DNA of 64,000 nucleotides from a virus. Its lineage: Duplodnaviria > Heunggongvirae > Uroviricota > Caudoviricetes. The notes under the pieces are model-generated. The model worked only from the letters and a program-made list of their open reading frames with translations, was not told the DNA's origin and did no database searches. The translations under genes and the position numbers were made by a program. The stretch's first letter is position 1; each line of letters starts with the position of its first letter. Of this stretch, positions 37,623 through 47,637 are shown in pieces. Location: IMG/VR virus record IMGVR_UViG_3300034196_000151. One strand, 5' to 3'.

Positions 37623-38024
37623 TTAGCGAACCCAGCTATTGGCCTCGAATACCGCCATGTGCAGGGCTTCGATTTTGATTTGGAAGGAACGAACAACCAT
37701 TTCAGCTTCGCCCATTTGGCAGAAGTAAGCCATCGACTTGTCAAGTTCAGCGACTTGTTCCAGAACCGCACGATTGACGCTGTGCAACTGAAAGCGGTCA
37801 AGACGAACCGAACGTTCACCCGACAGTTCGGCGGCTCGCATGGTGGAAACAAGGCAGTCAAGACGGCTAACAGTTTCTTTATGCTTGCTGAGAAGGCGTT
37901 CGTTGGCGTCCTGATCCATCGAGTCAAAATCAGTAACGCTGTCCAGAACGTGCATGTTTTTTTCAAGGCCATTTACGGCGGCAATCAGAGCATTGGTCAG
38001 CAATACGAGAGTGGAAGTTTTCAT
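37623..38024 (-). CDS. probable periplasmic protein
   Basis: 133 aa, N-terminal signal-like MKTSTLVLLTNALIAAVNG; type A leader upstream. Confidence 0.5.
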   Translation of the reverse strand: MKTSTLVLLTNALIAAVNGLEKNMHVLDSVTDFDSMDQDANERLLSKHKETVSRLDCLVSTMRAAELSGERSVRLDRFQLHSVNRAVLEQVAELDKSMAYFCQMGEAEMVVRSFQIKIEALHMAVFEANSWVR

Positions 38025-38122
38025 GATTTTGTTTCCTTGGCTTGTTTAAGTGGGATAAGTATAACAACATTCACTAGGGTTAGCAAGACATTTAGGCTTT
38101 CAAAATGAAGCTTTTTGAAAGC

Positions 38123-38518
38123 TTAGCAATCCAAAGTAGTAAACGTGAGCGGCATAATTTGTTCGAAGGTGTAAACCTTAAATTTGCCATCTTTGTTGGA
38201 AAGGATGACTTCTGTTTCAGGTTCAAAAAACTCACTCATGATTTGACGGCAGGCACCACAAGGTGGAAGAGGGGCTACGGTATCCCCATTAATAGTGATA
38301 CTGAGGTAATCACCTTTACGGCAACCTTGCATATGAGCCACACAAAATGCAGTGCGTTCAGCACAACTACACATAGAATAGGAAGCATTTTCAATGTTTG
38401 CCCCCAAGAAAACACCTTTCTTGGTCAGTAACGCAACACCCACACGAAATTTAGATTCTGGAACATAAGCGTGCTCCTTAGCTTCCATTGCTTTTTTGAC
38501 AAGATCCGTGTGATTCAT
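38123..38518 (-). CDS. cytidine/deoxycytidylate deaminase family zinc enzyme
   Basis: CAERTAF (C/H-A-E) and PPCGACRQ (PCxxC) zinc-ligand motifs; 131 aa, Cdd-like size. Confidence 0.7.
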   Translation of the reverse strand: MNHTDLVKKAMEAKEHAYVPESKFRVGVALLTKKGVFLGANIENASYSMCSCAERTAFCVAHMQGCRKGDYLSITINGDTVAPLPPCGACRQIMSEFFEPETEVILSNKDGKFKVYTFEQIMPLTFTTLDC

Positions 38519-38656
38519 GTTAAACTCTCTTTTTCATATAGGTTAATAGGTTATATAGCTATTATAACAAAAGCAATAAGGAATTTCAAGTAAAATCAAG
38601 GTTTATGAAAAAGAAAAAACCCGGAACAATGTCCGGGTCTTTTGTTGACTGCTTGA

Positions 38657-39016
38657 TTAAGCGGCCATTTTTTTCAGTTGCTCAACAAAGGCTTCGGTTT
38701 CGAAACGGTCGATGTCAGCGTAGTTGTTTTGACCACCAGAGTAGTCTTTCATGCCTTTGCAAGTGCGGAACAGAACCTGCAGGCCACGACCAGACAGCGA
38801 TTCAGCAATTTGAACATACAGGCTTTCGCTGTGCAGGGTAACTTCACCGGAAACTGCAATGCCACCCTTGTTGCTACGCACTTCAAAACCACCTGCTGGA
38901 AGGTTCAGTTTCACAGCCAGTTCCTTCAGTGCTTTTTTACCGGCACGGTGAAATTGATCTTTATTGGTTTCGTTGTAGGACATTTCTTTGTTTTTCAACT
39001 GTTGAAGAGTAGCCAT
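38657..39016 (-). CDS. hypothetical protein
   Basis: Start MATLQQL with AAAGAGG SD; type A leader upstream. Confidence 0.45.
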   Translation of the reverse strand: MATLQQLKNKEMSYNETNKDQFHRAGKKALKELAVKLNLPAGGFEVRSNKGGIAVSGEVTLHSESLYVQIAESLSGRGLQVLFRTCKGMKDYSGGQNNYADIDRFETEAFVEQLKKMAA

Positions 39017-39088
39017 TGGGTAAACCTCTTTCATGTCGTTTGGTATGGGATAATTATACCAATCAAAAACCATATTTACAAGCTATAT

Positions 39089-39355
39089 TTAGACTTTTAG
39101 AGCTAGTTTTTGATTGATAACACGGATCGTTTCATTAGCACGATGTGCATCATGGTCGCCTTCATCGTTATCAGAATACCGAAGGCGTTGCAACAGGTCA
39201 CGGTGTTCTTTCGCAATGATTTCGAAGAAACCAAGTTTTTCACGCAAAGCCAGAACGTCACTAGCCAGAATGACAATGGTAGCGTCAGCGGGCATGGTTT
39301 TCTGATCCGTGATCAGTTCCAATGCCGATTTTTTCACAATATGTCGATCAACCAT
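39089..39355 (-). CDS. hypothetical protein
   Basis: 88-aa ORF. Confidence 0.45.
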   Translation of the reverse strand: MVDRHIVKKSALELITDQKTMPADATIVILASDVLALREKLGFFEIIAKEHRDLLQRLRYSDNDEGDHDAHRANETIRVINQKLALKV

Positions 39356-39432
39356 GATAGGTCACCTATGTTGATTAATGGGGCAATAATACCCCATTTT
39401 CACAAAAAAGTCACTATTTAAAAAACTTATTT

Positions 39433-39849
39433 TTAAGCGTCTTCAAAAGCTGATTGAAATTTATTGACATAAGAAGTTGAAAACGCATTTTCTGGAATAC
39501 CAACATAGGCGTAAGCCTCATCAGCATAGAAAATATAACCTAATTTTTTTGCTTGATCTGAAATAGCTTTATAGGCCAGATGATTAAATGAATAAACATT
39601 GACTTCTTCCTCAATGCGATAGTAATCATCATTAGGGAAATAGGCAAAACGAAAACCATTTTGTGGAAGGTTGTTGAAACCACTATCTGCCGCATTCGAT
39701 AGAAATGATTCAATATCCATGATTCGCTCAATCACTTCTTTGACGCGAAAAAGATCTGTATGACTAAAAAACTCACGGCGATCAATGCCATCGAGATTCC
39801 GAAAAAAATCAGCGACGATTTTTTCTTGATTGCAGTTTTCTTTAGTCAT
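39433..39849 (-). CDS. hypothetical protein
   Basis: 138-aa ORF. Confidence 0.5.
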   Translation of the reverse strand: MTKENCNQEKIVADFFRNLDGIDRREFFSHTDLFRVKEVIERIMDIESFLSNAADSGFNNLPQNGFRFAYFPNDDYYRIEEEVNVYSFNHLAYKAISDQAKKLGYIFYADEAYAYVGIPENAFSTSYVNKFQSAFEDA

Positions 39850-39906
39850 TATATAAATTCTCTAATTAGTAAGATAGCTAATTATACAACAAAAAACAGT
39901 TTTTAA

Positions 39907-40689
39907 TCAAGCTGATTTTGAAAAGTCTGCAAAAAAATTTAAAATTGACATTTTTCTCATAAAACCTTTGACTTTCAGAGCAAGTCGATTCGCTTCTGAT
40001 TCAAGTTGTCCTTCGGAAATATCCAGCATATTATATGTAGCTTCGTAGCTACTGGTCAATGGCGACTGCTCAAGAATGCTGACAAATTGTCGAATACGTT
40101 TTGCTACGTCAATAGGGCCGAAACGAACATATTTTTCATTTTTCACTTCTAAATTCAAAGTCGTCCAATAAACTTCTGGAATTTCAAGAGACTTCAACCA
40201 GTGAATGATAGTGTATTTGAAAATACCAAAGTCATACTCATAATTAAGAGCCGACAACAGATATTTGTAAGCGGCTGGATGTAAGCCAAAGAAGACAAAC
40301 ATAGGGAAAAAGTCTTTATGAAATTTGTCAGCTTCTTTTTGGTTTGTCGCTCCGGGTGCATAGGTCAGCTTATAGAAGGTTTTAAAGTGTGGGTAAGGTG
40401 TGGGAACAAAATCTCGGTCAATATTGCTTTCTTTTGAGGTCATCCAAAGACCAATAGCATTAAAAGCCTTAGTTTGGGCAGCACATTCAACAATACTGCA
40501 GTCCTTAAGGCTTTCCTTACGCCCCGTTGTATCATCACTGTGCATATGGGCTTTTGTGAACGCTTGTTTTTCCAAATGGTTTTCAATAAAACTAGCCAAC
40601 ATGTTCAATCGAACAATGGTTTCACTCAACGGAATGTAATCCGCCTTATAAAACATGTCATAAACAGCTTTAGGATCGATAGCAGACAT
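39907..40689 (-). CDS. hypothetical protein (260 aa)
   Basis: ORF. Confidence 0.5.
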   Translation of the reverse strand: MSAIDPKAVYDMFYKADYIPLSETIVRLNMLASFIENHLEKQAFTKAHMHSDDTTGRKESLKDCSIVECAAQTKAFNAIGLWMTSKESNIDRDFVPTPYPHFKTFYKLTYAPGATNQKEADKFHKDFFPMFVFFGLHPAAYKYLLSALNYEYDFGIFKYTIIHWLKSLEIPEVYWTTLNLEVKNEKYVRFGPIDVAKRIRQFVSILEQSPLTSSYEATYNMLDISEGQLESEANRLALKVKGFMRKMSILNFFADFSKSA

Positions 40690-40708
40690 GTCATGGCACC
40701 TGTATTAG

Positions 40709-41140
40709 TTAGGATTGAAAAAGTTTAGATTTGAGTTTACTCGCAATCGCCTGTAATCGCAAGCTAAATTCACTGTATTCGTAAACAGTGATCAGTTCGG
40801 AAACACAATGAAACTCTTTCTGAAACAAATCCACTCGGAGTTTCTGAAAATTCACTGGAACAAACAAAGGTTTACTAGGGTATCCACGTTTGAACGTAAA
40901 CGGTTCACTCACAAATTGAGTAATTCCACCAACTTGTCGAATGACAGTTGGATTATGAAAAGCACCATCACGATAAATAAGCTGGTCGAGAGTGTAGTAG
41001 ACAACATTATCGGTTACGTCAATAACCGTGAATGACTGCCCTGTAATGTTCATGAATTTAAATTCTTCCACATAATCCCACAACTGTCCAACTGCTGGCA
41101 TGGGGTGGGAAGGGGCTTGGTGAGTTTTCATAAAATACAC
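40709..41140 (-). CDS. hypothetical protein
   Basis: 143-aa ORF. Confidence 0.5.
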   Translation of the reverse strand: MYFMKTHQAPSHPMPAVGQLWDYVEEFKFMNITGQSFTVIDVTDNVVYYTLDQLIYRDGAFHNPTVIRQVGGITQFVSEPFTFKRGYPSKPLFVPVNFQKLRVDLFQKEFHCVSELITVYEYSEFSLRLQAIASKLKSKLFQS

Positions 41141-41245
41141 TCTAGGTAATAGGTGAGTAGTTTATCAAAAAATATAGGTTTTGTCTATTAATCAAATAAA
41201 AGAAAGCCACTCCAACAATGGAATGGCACTCATGCGGCTTTTAAG

Positions 41246-41599
41246 TTAAGTATTTTTCTTAACAAAAAAGGCTTTAATAAACAATGTTTTTATAATTTTA
41301 AAAAGGATTAAAAAATTAACAAAACTCATCAAACAATCCTTCAAAAGCATGAATAAAAAAACAGAAAGTGCGAACCCAAGAATAATAGGCCAGAAAAATA
41401 CAAATCCCACAATATAAACTTGTTTTTTAGTCATGCCATCAGGAACAATTTTATCAGGAACAAAACTCAGTGGGTCAACACGTTCCCCAACTCGCACACT
41501 AGCAGAAAGGCTGTCAGAAAGTGAAATGTTTCCCACAAATTGACCAAACAAGGCATATATCGGAAACAGAAAGGCAAAAGTAACAATGAATTCAAGCAT
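41246..41599 (-). CDS. membrane protein (AT-rich)
   Basis: 117 aa, multiple TM helices; conserved-stem terminator at ~41196-41225. Confidence 0.45.
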   Translation of the reverse strand: MLEFIVTFAFLFPIYALFGQFVGNISLSDSLSASVRVGERVDPLSFVPDKIVPDGMTKKQVYIVGFVFFWPIILGFALSVFLFMLLKDCLMSFVNFLILFKIIKTLFIKAFFVKKNT

Positions 41600-41660
41600 G
41601 ATGTAACTCCTATTTAAGTTAATGTCTATAATTGTCTTTTGTAACCTTTTAAACTTTTAC

Positions 41661-42158
41661 TTAACTTTTGGTATAGAATTCTGCCAATTCAGTTCTAGAA
41701 GGCTCCACAATACGAATATCATCATGCAAAGTCAAACATCTATGAACTTTCTTAAAAAACTCGTATTCAGATGCAGAATCTTTTTTTAATTGTTCTAATG
41801 CAATCAATTGAATGTCTATTGTAAAATTACTGCAATTATATAAATGAACGCTGTATGAATCAACAGTTTCCACATAGTTTTTTTCGTCATCAGTCAATGA
41901 CAAAATCTTATTTTCTTTCAAAAAGCAATTGAGCTTTTCTGTATTATCAAAGAATATGGCATTGGTTCCAAAATAAGCCATATCACCAGACGTATTATAA
42001 CCTGAGATCTCTGTTGAACTATATTTGACTTTATTATTATGCTTATCTTGAGTGACAAATTGAGCAGTATATTGACCATTTTTATAAAGAACTAATGATG
42101 GAAGTCCACCGTTAGCACCTTGGCTTCTTGTTCTTAACCATTCATATTTATCGCTCAT
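41661..42158 (-). CDS. hypothetical protein (AT-rich)
   Basis: 165-aa ORF. Confidence 0.5.
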   Translation of the reverse strand: MSDKYEWLRTRSQGANGGLPSLVLYKNGQYTAQFVTQDKHNNKVKYSSTEISGYNTSGDMAYFGTNAIFFDNTEKLNCFLKENKILSLTDDEKNYVETVDSYSVHLYNCSNFTIDIQLIALEQLKKDSASEYEFFKKVHRCLTLHDDIRIVEPSRTELAEFYTKS

Positions 42159-42262
42159 AGGAAAATCCTTTAAATTAGAATGCAGTGATTATAGCACAAA
42201 AATAACAATTTTAATACATTAAAAAGACCTATCGCTAGGTCTTTTTTCATTTGTTTGACTGG

Positions 42263-43135
42263 TTAAACAGTCACTACCACCGGCAGTTCAGTCACAACTT
42301 TTTTGTATTCGTCGGTGCCAAATTTCAAGAAGTAGGCTTTACGAGAGCTTTTCTTGATTTTGCTGGTTGCAGTTTCAATCAAAATCACACCAGTCAGGTT
42401 GCCTTGCACTTTGTAAAGGCCATCTTCGAAGCTGTCAACGTCATGGCTGAATACAAAGTTGTCTGCCCGCTCAACACTCGCCCCAAACGTGGTTTGGTCT
42501 TTTGGAGCTTTGTAGCCGTTGAAAGCAAACAGCTTGTGTTCGTTCACGTTAACTGCTTTGAAAGCTGGTAGCTTTGCCTTGATTTCAAAGTATTCATCAC
42601 CAACACGGATAGCGTCAACAGTAGACAGTGCCGATTGATCGCCTTTGACGTAATACAGTGCTTCTGTCTGACTTTTGAAGTAATGCACGCCATCAATGTC
42701 TTCGGTCTTGAAAATCGACAACACTGGGCCTTGGCTGATACGTTTTTCTTCAACGATAAAGTCAGGGTTCAGAGTGGCTTCAAAGTTGGTGTCTTTTTGT
42801 TTTGGAATTTCCAACATCATTTCCTTTGGAAGAATATAGATGTTGAGCAATGCTTCGTATTTGTTCGAACCTTTGCTAAGGTTAAAGAGCGTATAATTAC
42901 CTTCACTCTTGTAGGTGTCCTCAACCGATTTCCAATCAATCTGACTGAAGGAACTCACTGGTTTCAAAGCCTGTACAAAAGCCTTTTTGTCCAACAGAAC
43001 AGTGCTACGACTGTTGTTAACATCCCTGAAATAGCTACCCACGAAACGAACAACATCGTTAAAGGTCTTACCATGATGACGAATCACGATAGACAGAGTA
43101 GGCGTTGGGCGACGGTTTCCGTTAGTGTGGAACAT
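42263..43135 (-). CDS. hypothetical protein (~290 aa)
   Basis: Start MFHTNGN with TGAGGA SD below a TATACT at ~43168. Confidence 0.5.
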   Translation of the reverse strand: MFHTNGNRRPTPTLSIVIRHHGKTFNDVVRFVGSYFRDVNNSRSTVLLDKKAFVQALKPVSSFSQIDWKSVEDTYKSEGNYTLFNLSKGSNKYEALLNIYILPKEMMLEIPKQKDTNFEATLNPDFIVEEKRISQGPVLSIFKTEDIDGVHYFKSQTEALYYVKGDQSALSTVDAIRVGDEYFEIKAKLPAFKAVNVNEHKLFAFNGYKAPKDQTTFGASVERADNFVFSHDVDSFEDGLYKVQGNLTGVILIETATSKIKKSSRKAYFLKFGTDEYKKVVTELPVVVTV

Positions 43136-43263
43136 GGTGAAATCCTCATTCGTTTTAAGATGCGGTAAGTATATCAAAAATAGTTTTAAAAGGCAACAAA
43201 AAAGTGATTTTTGAATAAAAAAAGCCCCTGAACTAGTCAAGGGCTGGGTGTTACTTCGAAGGG

Positions 43264-43884
43264 TTAGGCAGTCGCTACCGAACCTTCCAGAGCCGTGGTT
43301 ACGTCTGCTTCGAACGCTGCCATTTCGCGTGGGGAGAAAGCTTCCGCCACGATTTTCACTTCGGCATTGATGAAGGCCCGAACAGCTTTGATGTTATCAG
43401 CCACCAGCACTTTGTCGGCAAGGGTTGCCACATAAAGCTGGGTGTGGTTGATGTAGTTACGAACCGCGACCAGTTCCAGAGAGCTACCAAGCAGGGAAGC
43501 AACCGAAATATTACCGCCGTTGTCCAGCGAGAAACCTACAAACGAGTCGCCGTTTTCGATGGTGCGATTTTCGAGGTCAACCACCACGACCTTGCTTGCT
43601 TTCATCGAAGTCATTGGCGTGGACTTGTTCAGGAAGATAGTGCTAGGTTTAGCACCCTTCGGCTTAGCGTAGCTGATGACAGCGAAACGGTTGTCGATGA
43701 CGCTTACCGATTGAGTTTCACCGTTTTTCATGGTGAGAGTCATCACGTTCGGCATTTCGGTTTTCGACAGAGTAAACTCTTGGGTCAGCATTTTCGAAAT
43801 CGCTTTCATTTCTTTGTTAGCGTTGAAAATGCTACGCAGTTTAGCCGACATTGCCGAGTGGTTGAGAACAGTAGTCTTAGTCAT
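43264..43884 (-). CDS. hypothetical protein
   Basis: 206-aa ORF. Confidence 0.5.
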   Translation of the reverse strand: MTKTTVLNHSAMSAKLRSIFNANKEMKAISKMLTQEFTLSKTEMPNVMTLTMKNGETQSVSVIDNRFAVISYAKPKGAKPSTIFLNKSTPMTSMKASKVVVVDLENRTIENGDSFVGFSLDNGGNISVASLLGSSLELVAVRNYINHTQLYVATLADKVLVADNIKAVRAFINAEVKIVAEAFSPREMAAFEADVTTALEGSVATA

Positions 43885-43956
43885 TTTTTAATTCCTTCGT
43901 GTCGTTGATTTGATGTGTGTAGTATACCGAAAAACTGCTATTTGGACAAGCATTTT

Positions 43957-44532
43957 TTACAGTTTAATCAAAAGATTTCCATCTTTATCGACTTCGAACA
44001 GGTTCGAACTTTCGATAACGTCTTTCAAGTGTGCCAATTCGGCTTGAACACGCACTTCTGGATTTTCTGGAAGTCGAGTAACAACAATCGACACCACGTC
44101 AGTCAAATTCGACCATGCGTTCAGGTGTTCTTGGCCGGGTTGTGGAGGTTTGATAATGTGCTTCGCACGAAAACGAACATCGCTGCCTTTAATGGTCAAC
44201 ACATCAGTTTTCATGCTGTTCAGTCGCTCGCTCAATGAAACAGTTTCCAACTCCACCAGCAAGTTGACTTTTTGGAAGTCAGCCAAGTCGAGTTTTTTGA
44301 GCTGTTGACCCAAGTCGAAGCTGCCATTGGCAAGTTCTTGTGGATTAGGAACGATGGTGAAAATTTTGCTACCCATGCGGAAAGTGAACAGGTGTTCTTG
44401 CGTAACAACCACTGCAGTTTTTTCCAACTGGCTTACGGCCATTTTGATGCCAGACTTGACCTGTTCAAGCTTGCGTTTCAAATCAGCACTGGATTTGATG
44501 GTAGAAATTTTACCCACATTGATAGTAGACAT
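43957..44532 (-). CDS. hypothetical protein, paralog of 57036..57587
   Basis: Shared (V/T)L(T/V)IKGSD(V/I)R(F/Y)...VSIVVTRL block. Confidence 0.5.
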   Translation of the reverse strand: MSTINVGKISTIKSSADLKRKLEQVKSGIKMAVSQLEKTAVVVTQEHLFTFRMGSKIFTIVPNPQELANGSFDLGQQLKKLDLADFQKVNLLVELETVSLSERLNSMKTDVLTIKGSDVRFRAKHIIKPPQPGQEHLNAWSNLTDVVSIVVTRLPENPEVRVQAELAHLKDVIESSNLFEVDKDGNLLIKL

Positions 44533-44594
44533 TGTTAATTTACCCGTTCTAGTTAAGATGCGTTTATTATAAAACAAAACAGAGTTTTTAGCAA

Positions 44595-44622
44595 CAAAAA
44601 AACCGCTCGAAAGCGGCTTTTT
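44595..44622 (-). terminator. intrinsic terminator
   Basis: aaaaaaaaCCGCTcgaaAGCGGcttttttc. Confidence 0.6.
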
Positions 44623-44631
44623 TCATCGTTT

Positions 44632-45312
44632 TTAGCTGTTTAGATTAATGGAATTCCACAATTCGCTAATCATTGCCTTCGCTTCTGGACTTACATTGTT
44701 TGGTGAAAGCTTTTCACGAGCATGGTAGAATTTTTCATACATACTGGCCCAATAACCTGTTCGCCAGTTTTCGGCTTTCAGTGGGTCATTACGTTCACCA
44801 TTGAGACTTTTGGAAATAAACTTTTCATCTTTCAACGCCTTGATAACAGCGTCTATCACTTCCAGAGCCGCTTTTTTCCAACTAGCTTCCACATTATCAG
44901 GAATGTTAAAAATCAGTGGATTGCGTGCATTTGCTGTCAACACTTCCGCTGTCAGACCGGGCTGATGCGAAAGTGTCTTTTTAGCAAAAACGTCAATGTT
45001 TTTTTCTATAAAGGCATATTGCATGATTTCAAATTCACGCTCAACCAACTTAGCCGCATAGAAGTCAGGAATCATTTCCTGAAGTTCCTTGTCAATAGCA
45101 AGAGGTTGTACCAAATGATCAGGCATAATCATGACGGCTTTTCGAGGGTTAGTTTCTTTAATCTTATAAACATGAATCCGACCGTCTTCACCCCACACAG
45201 CTTCAGGATCACGAAGAAAAAGTTGCGAAAGCACCGCCAAACGACTTTCAGAAATAAGCGGGTGTTGTAGCATAATGCGTTTAACAATGATTTCCGCGTG
45301 GGTCAGTTTCAT
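44632..45312 (-). CDS. hypothetical protein, paralog of 4363..5004
   Basis: 226-aa ORF with FNIPDNVEASWKKAALEV block. Confidence 0.55.
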   Translation of the reverse strand: MKLTHAEIIVKRIMLQHPLISESRLAVLSQLFLRDPEAVWGEDGRIHVYKIKETNPRKAVMIMPDHLVQPLAIDKELQEMIPDFYAAKLVEREFEIMQYAFIEKNIDVFAKKTLSHQPGLTAEVLTANARNPLIFNIPDNVEASWKKAALEVIDAVIKALKDEKFISKSLNGERNDPLKAENWRTGYWASMYEKFYHAREKLSPNNVSPEAKAMISELWNSINLNS

Positions 45313-45400
45313 TTGCGAAGCCTCATGAATTTATGTATGTCGCCATTATACAGTTTTTTCAAAAATGGCACAACAAAAAACCGCTCGAAAGCGGTCTTTT

Positions 45401-45706
45401 TTACATTGACTCTTTCTTGTGCGGTCGCCAAACACATTGAGAAATAGGCAAACCAACTTTTTCGTGGGTGTCATTCTCATAAACATCAAGAACGGTGCTG
45501 TTAATTTGAATCTCTTTATAGATAACAACGTCTTTATGGTCATAAGTCACCAACGATCCAGAATAGCAAATAATATCTTGAGGCCCATAATCACGGCTAG
45601 AAGATATAACACGATTTTGAGGATCTTTCGCATCTGGTTGCTGACGATCAAATCCACAACCGATAAGGATGAGTGGAATAGCCAGTAAAGCAATCATTTT
45701 TTTCAT
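45401..45706 (-). CDS. lipoprotein (paralog of 10373..10651)
   Basis: MKKMIALLAIPLILIGC lipobox. Confidence 0.55.
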   Translation of the reverse strand: MKKMIALLAIPLILIGCGFDRQQPDAKDPQNRVISSSRDYGPQDIICYSGSLVTYDHKDVVIYKEIQINSTVLDVYENDTHEKVGLPISQCVWRPHKKESM

Positions 45707-45719
45707 GAATTATCCTTTT

Positions 45720-46007
45720 TTAATTAAGTTTGGTAATAGGTGCGTGAGGTCTGGCCGATTTTGGTGTTACCAAGTCGAATTGAACACGACCTTCAACAAA
45801 ACCAAAAACATCCATATCGTAATTAGAGACACGTTCATCATCAACACCAAGACTTTTCAGGTGGTGAACAAAGTCATTGAATTCTTCTACGGTTTTGAAC
45901 AAGACTTCTGCAGTTTTTGGCCCACCCATGTAATAATGGCCCTGACTCGACCTGCAGAAAGTGTGAGCATAACCATGACGGTTAACGATACTGGCAGTAA
46001 AGGACAT
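45720..46007 (-). CDS. hypothetical protein
   Basis: 95-aa ORF. Confidence 0.45.
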   Translation of the reverse strand: MSFTASIVNRHGYAHTFCRSSQGHYYMGGPKTAEVLFKTVEEFNDFVHHLKSLGVDDERVSNYDMDVFGFVEGRVQFDLVTPKSARPHAPITKLN

Positions 46008-46138
46008 TCGTTGGCTCCTAAATAAAAAATATTCAACAGGTGGATTTTATCAAAAAACAGAGTTTTTGTAAAGCAAATACTGGCTCATTAAAACAAAAAA
46101 GCCCTAGAAAACTAGGGCCATTTGAATAAGAAAGCGAC

Positions 46139-47260
46139 TTACTCGGGGATTTCGACTTGTTTACGAGCAAACACCATGATAGCCGCTTGCTTGTAGTCGA
46201 TTTCAGCACCGGAATACTTGCTAATCAAGACATGCAGCAAGAGCGGTGCAACTTCCTTCGCTTTACGGGCATAATCACCACGTTCCAACCCTTTATGTTC
46301 TTCGTGGAAAGATTCCACAGTGCGAACAAGGTAATGATAGCTTTTACGGGCATAGTCTTCGACTTCATCCAAACGAGCCAGAATTTCGGCCAGTGGGAAG
46401 TTATCGCTGTGTGTCCGGTAGTGATACAGGGAACGAATTTCATCCAGAATTTCATGAAGGGTCGCTTCATAAATCACCTGACGTTCTTTGGAACGGTCTT
46501 GAATGTTGATAACCGCCGACATTTTCAGGTAAGGAATGGTCTTGACTTTGTACATATCAGGGCCGATTTCAATCACATAACCTTCGATATCTGGGTCATT
46601 AACGTTGATTTCGTTAACGGGGATACGCTTCACCAGATGGGCAGCAATGACCGGATATTCTGCGGCAAATTCTGCCGAACGAATGTCCACATAAGCCCCT
46701 GTGTTCATGTCGCGGGCTTTCAACACATGAACTTCGTAGTCAGTGTATTCGATGAACACACGGTTTTTCGGCGTGGTCAGTTCCAAGTCAACCGAAACAC
46801 CTGTGCGGGTCAGCCGCTCAACGTCTGAGTGCAATTCTGGACTGATAGACTGTTCAACAAGGCTGTAATCAGCAAACGTAGGCTTCTTTTTGCTCTTGTA
46901 GTAAATCGTATCATTGATCGGAGAAATATAGCTGGTGAGCAACGAGCCATCCGGTTTCAGATAAGCGTGGTCGGCTTCTTCTGGCTTCACCTTTTGCGTT
47001 TCAGGGGTTTCGCCCAAGGAAAAGAATTTCTGCATAGGCAATGCCACCAGCAAAGGTTCAGTGCCACCCATGTAGAACATCACACCACGGCAATCTTTCG
47101 CACCCGGAAGCTTGAATTCGGAGTGTTTCGGAATGTCATAGTTGAAGACACGGTAAGTGCCGCCGTCAACTGCCGACACTTCATCACGGTATTTGAAAGA
47201 ACCCGGATTCGTGACCAACAGGTTCATGAGTTGTGCATACAGTTCTTGTTGATAGGTCAT
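46139..47260 (-). CDS. rnlA: RNA ligase 1 (Rnl1/RnlA family)
   Basis: 373 aa (T4 Rnl1 is 374 aa); adenylylation motif AYLKPDGSL (K-x-DG); GTGGAGA SD; TATAAT at ~47294. Confidence 0.7.
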   Translation of the reverse strand: MTYQQELYAQLMNLLVTNPGSFKYRDEVSAVDGGTYRVFNYDIPKHSEFKLPGAKDCRGVMFYMGGTEPLLVALPMQKFFSLGETPETQKVKPEEADHAYLKPDGSLLTSYISPINDTIYYKSKKKPTFADYSLVEQSISPELHSDVERLTRTGVSVDLELTTPKNRVFIEYTDYEVHVLKARDMNTGAYVDIRSAEFAAEYPVIAAHLVKRIPVNEINVNDPDIEGYVIEIGPDMYKVKTIPYLKMSAVINIQDRSKERQVIYEATLHEILDEIRSLYHYRTHSDNFPLAEILARLDEVEDYARKSYHYLVRTVESFHEEHKGLERGDYARKAKEVAPLLLHVLISKYSGAEIDYKQAAIMVFARKQVEIPE

Positions 47261-47316
47261 GTAAATCTCCACATTAAGCATATTTGAATGTATTATATCA
47301 AAAACTGATTTTTAAT

Positions 47317-47637
47317 TCAAACTTTTCTTCGTTCTTGCATGATTTTATTCAGCATGTCGCCTTGAACATCGCAAAAACCCTTGGGCCAAGCCGACATTTC
47401 AAATTTATTGTCCATTGTGATTTCAACATCACCAAAATAAAAGACAACATCGTCCACACTGATTTTCTTTTCAGCCGCTGCCAAGCGAACTGCCGTGATG
47501 ACGTTAGCTGATGAGGTGACATAACTCACCACACCAAACTCACTCATGGAAATAAGTTCATCCACAAGCCCCACACAAAGGCCATCTGGGGTAGCGTCGT
47601 TATGGTTTGCATCATAAGTAATTCGAAGTTTAGTCAT
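47317..47637 (-). CDS. hypothetical protein
   Basis: 106-aa ORF between the two ligases. Confidence 0.45.
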   Translation of the reverse strand: MTKLRITYDANHNDATPDGLCVGLVDELISMSEFGVVSYVTSSANVITAVRLAAAEKKISVDDVVFYFGDVEITMDNKFEMSAWPKGFCDVQGDMLNKIMQERRKV

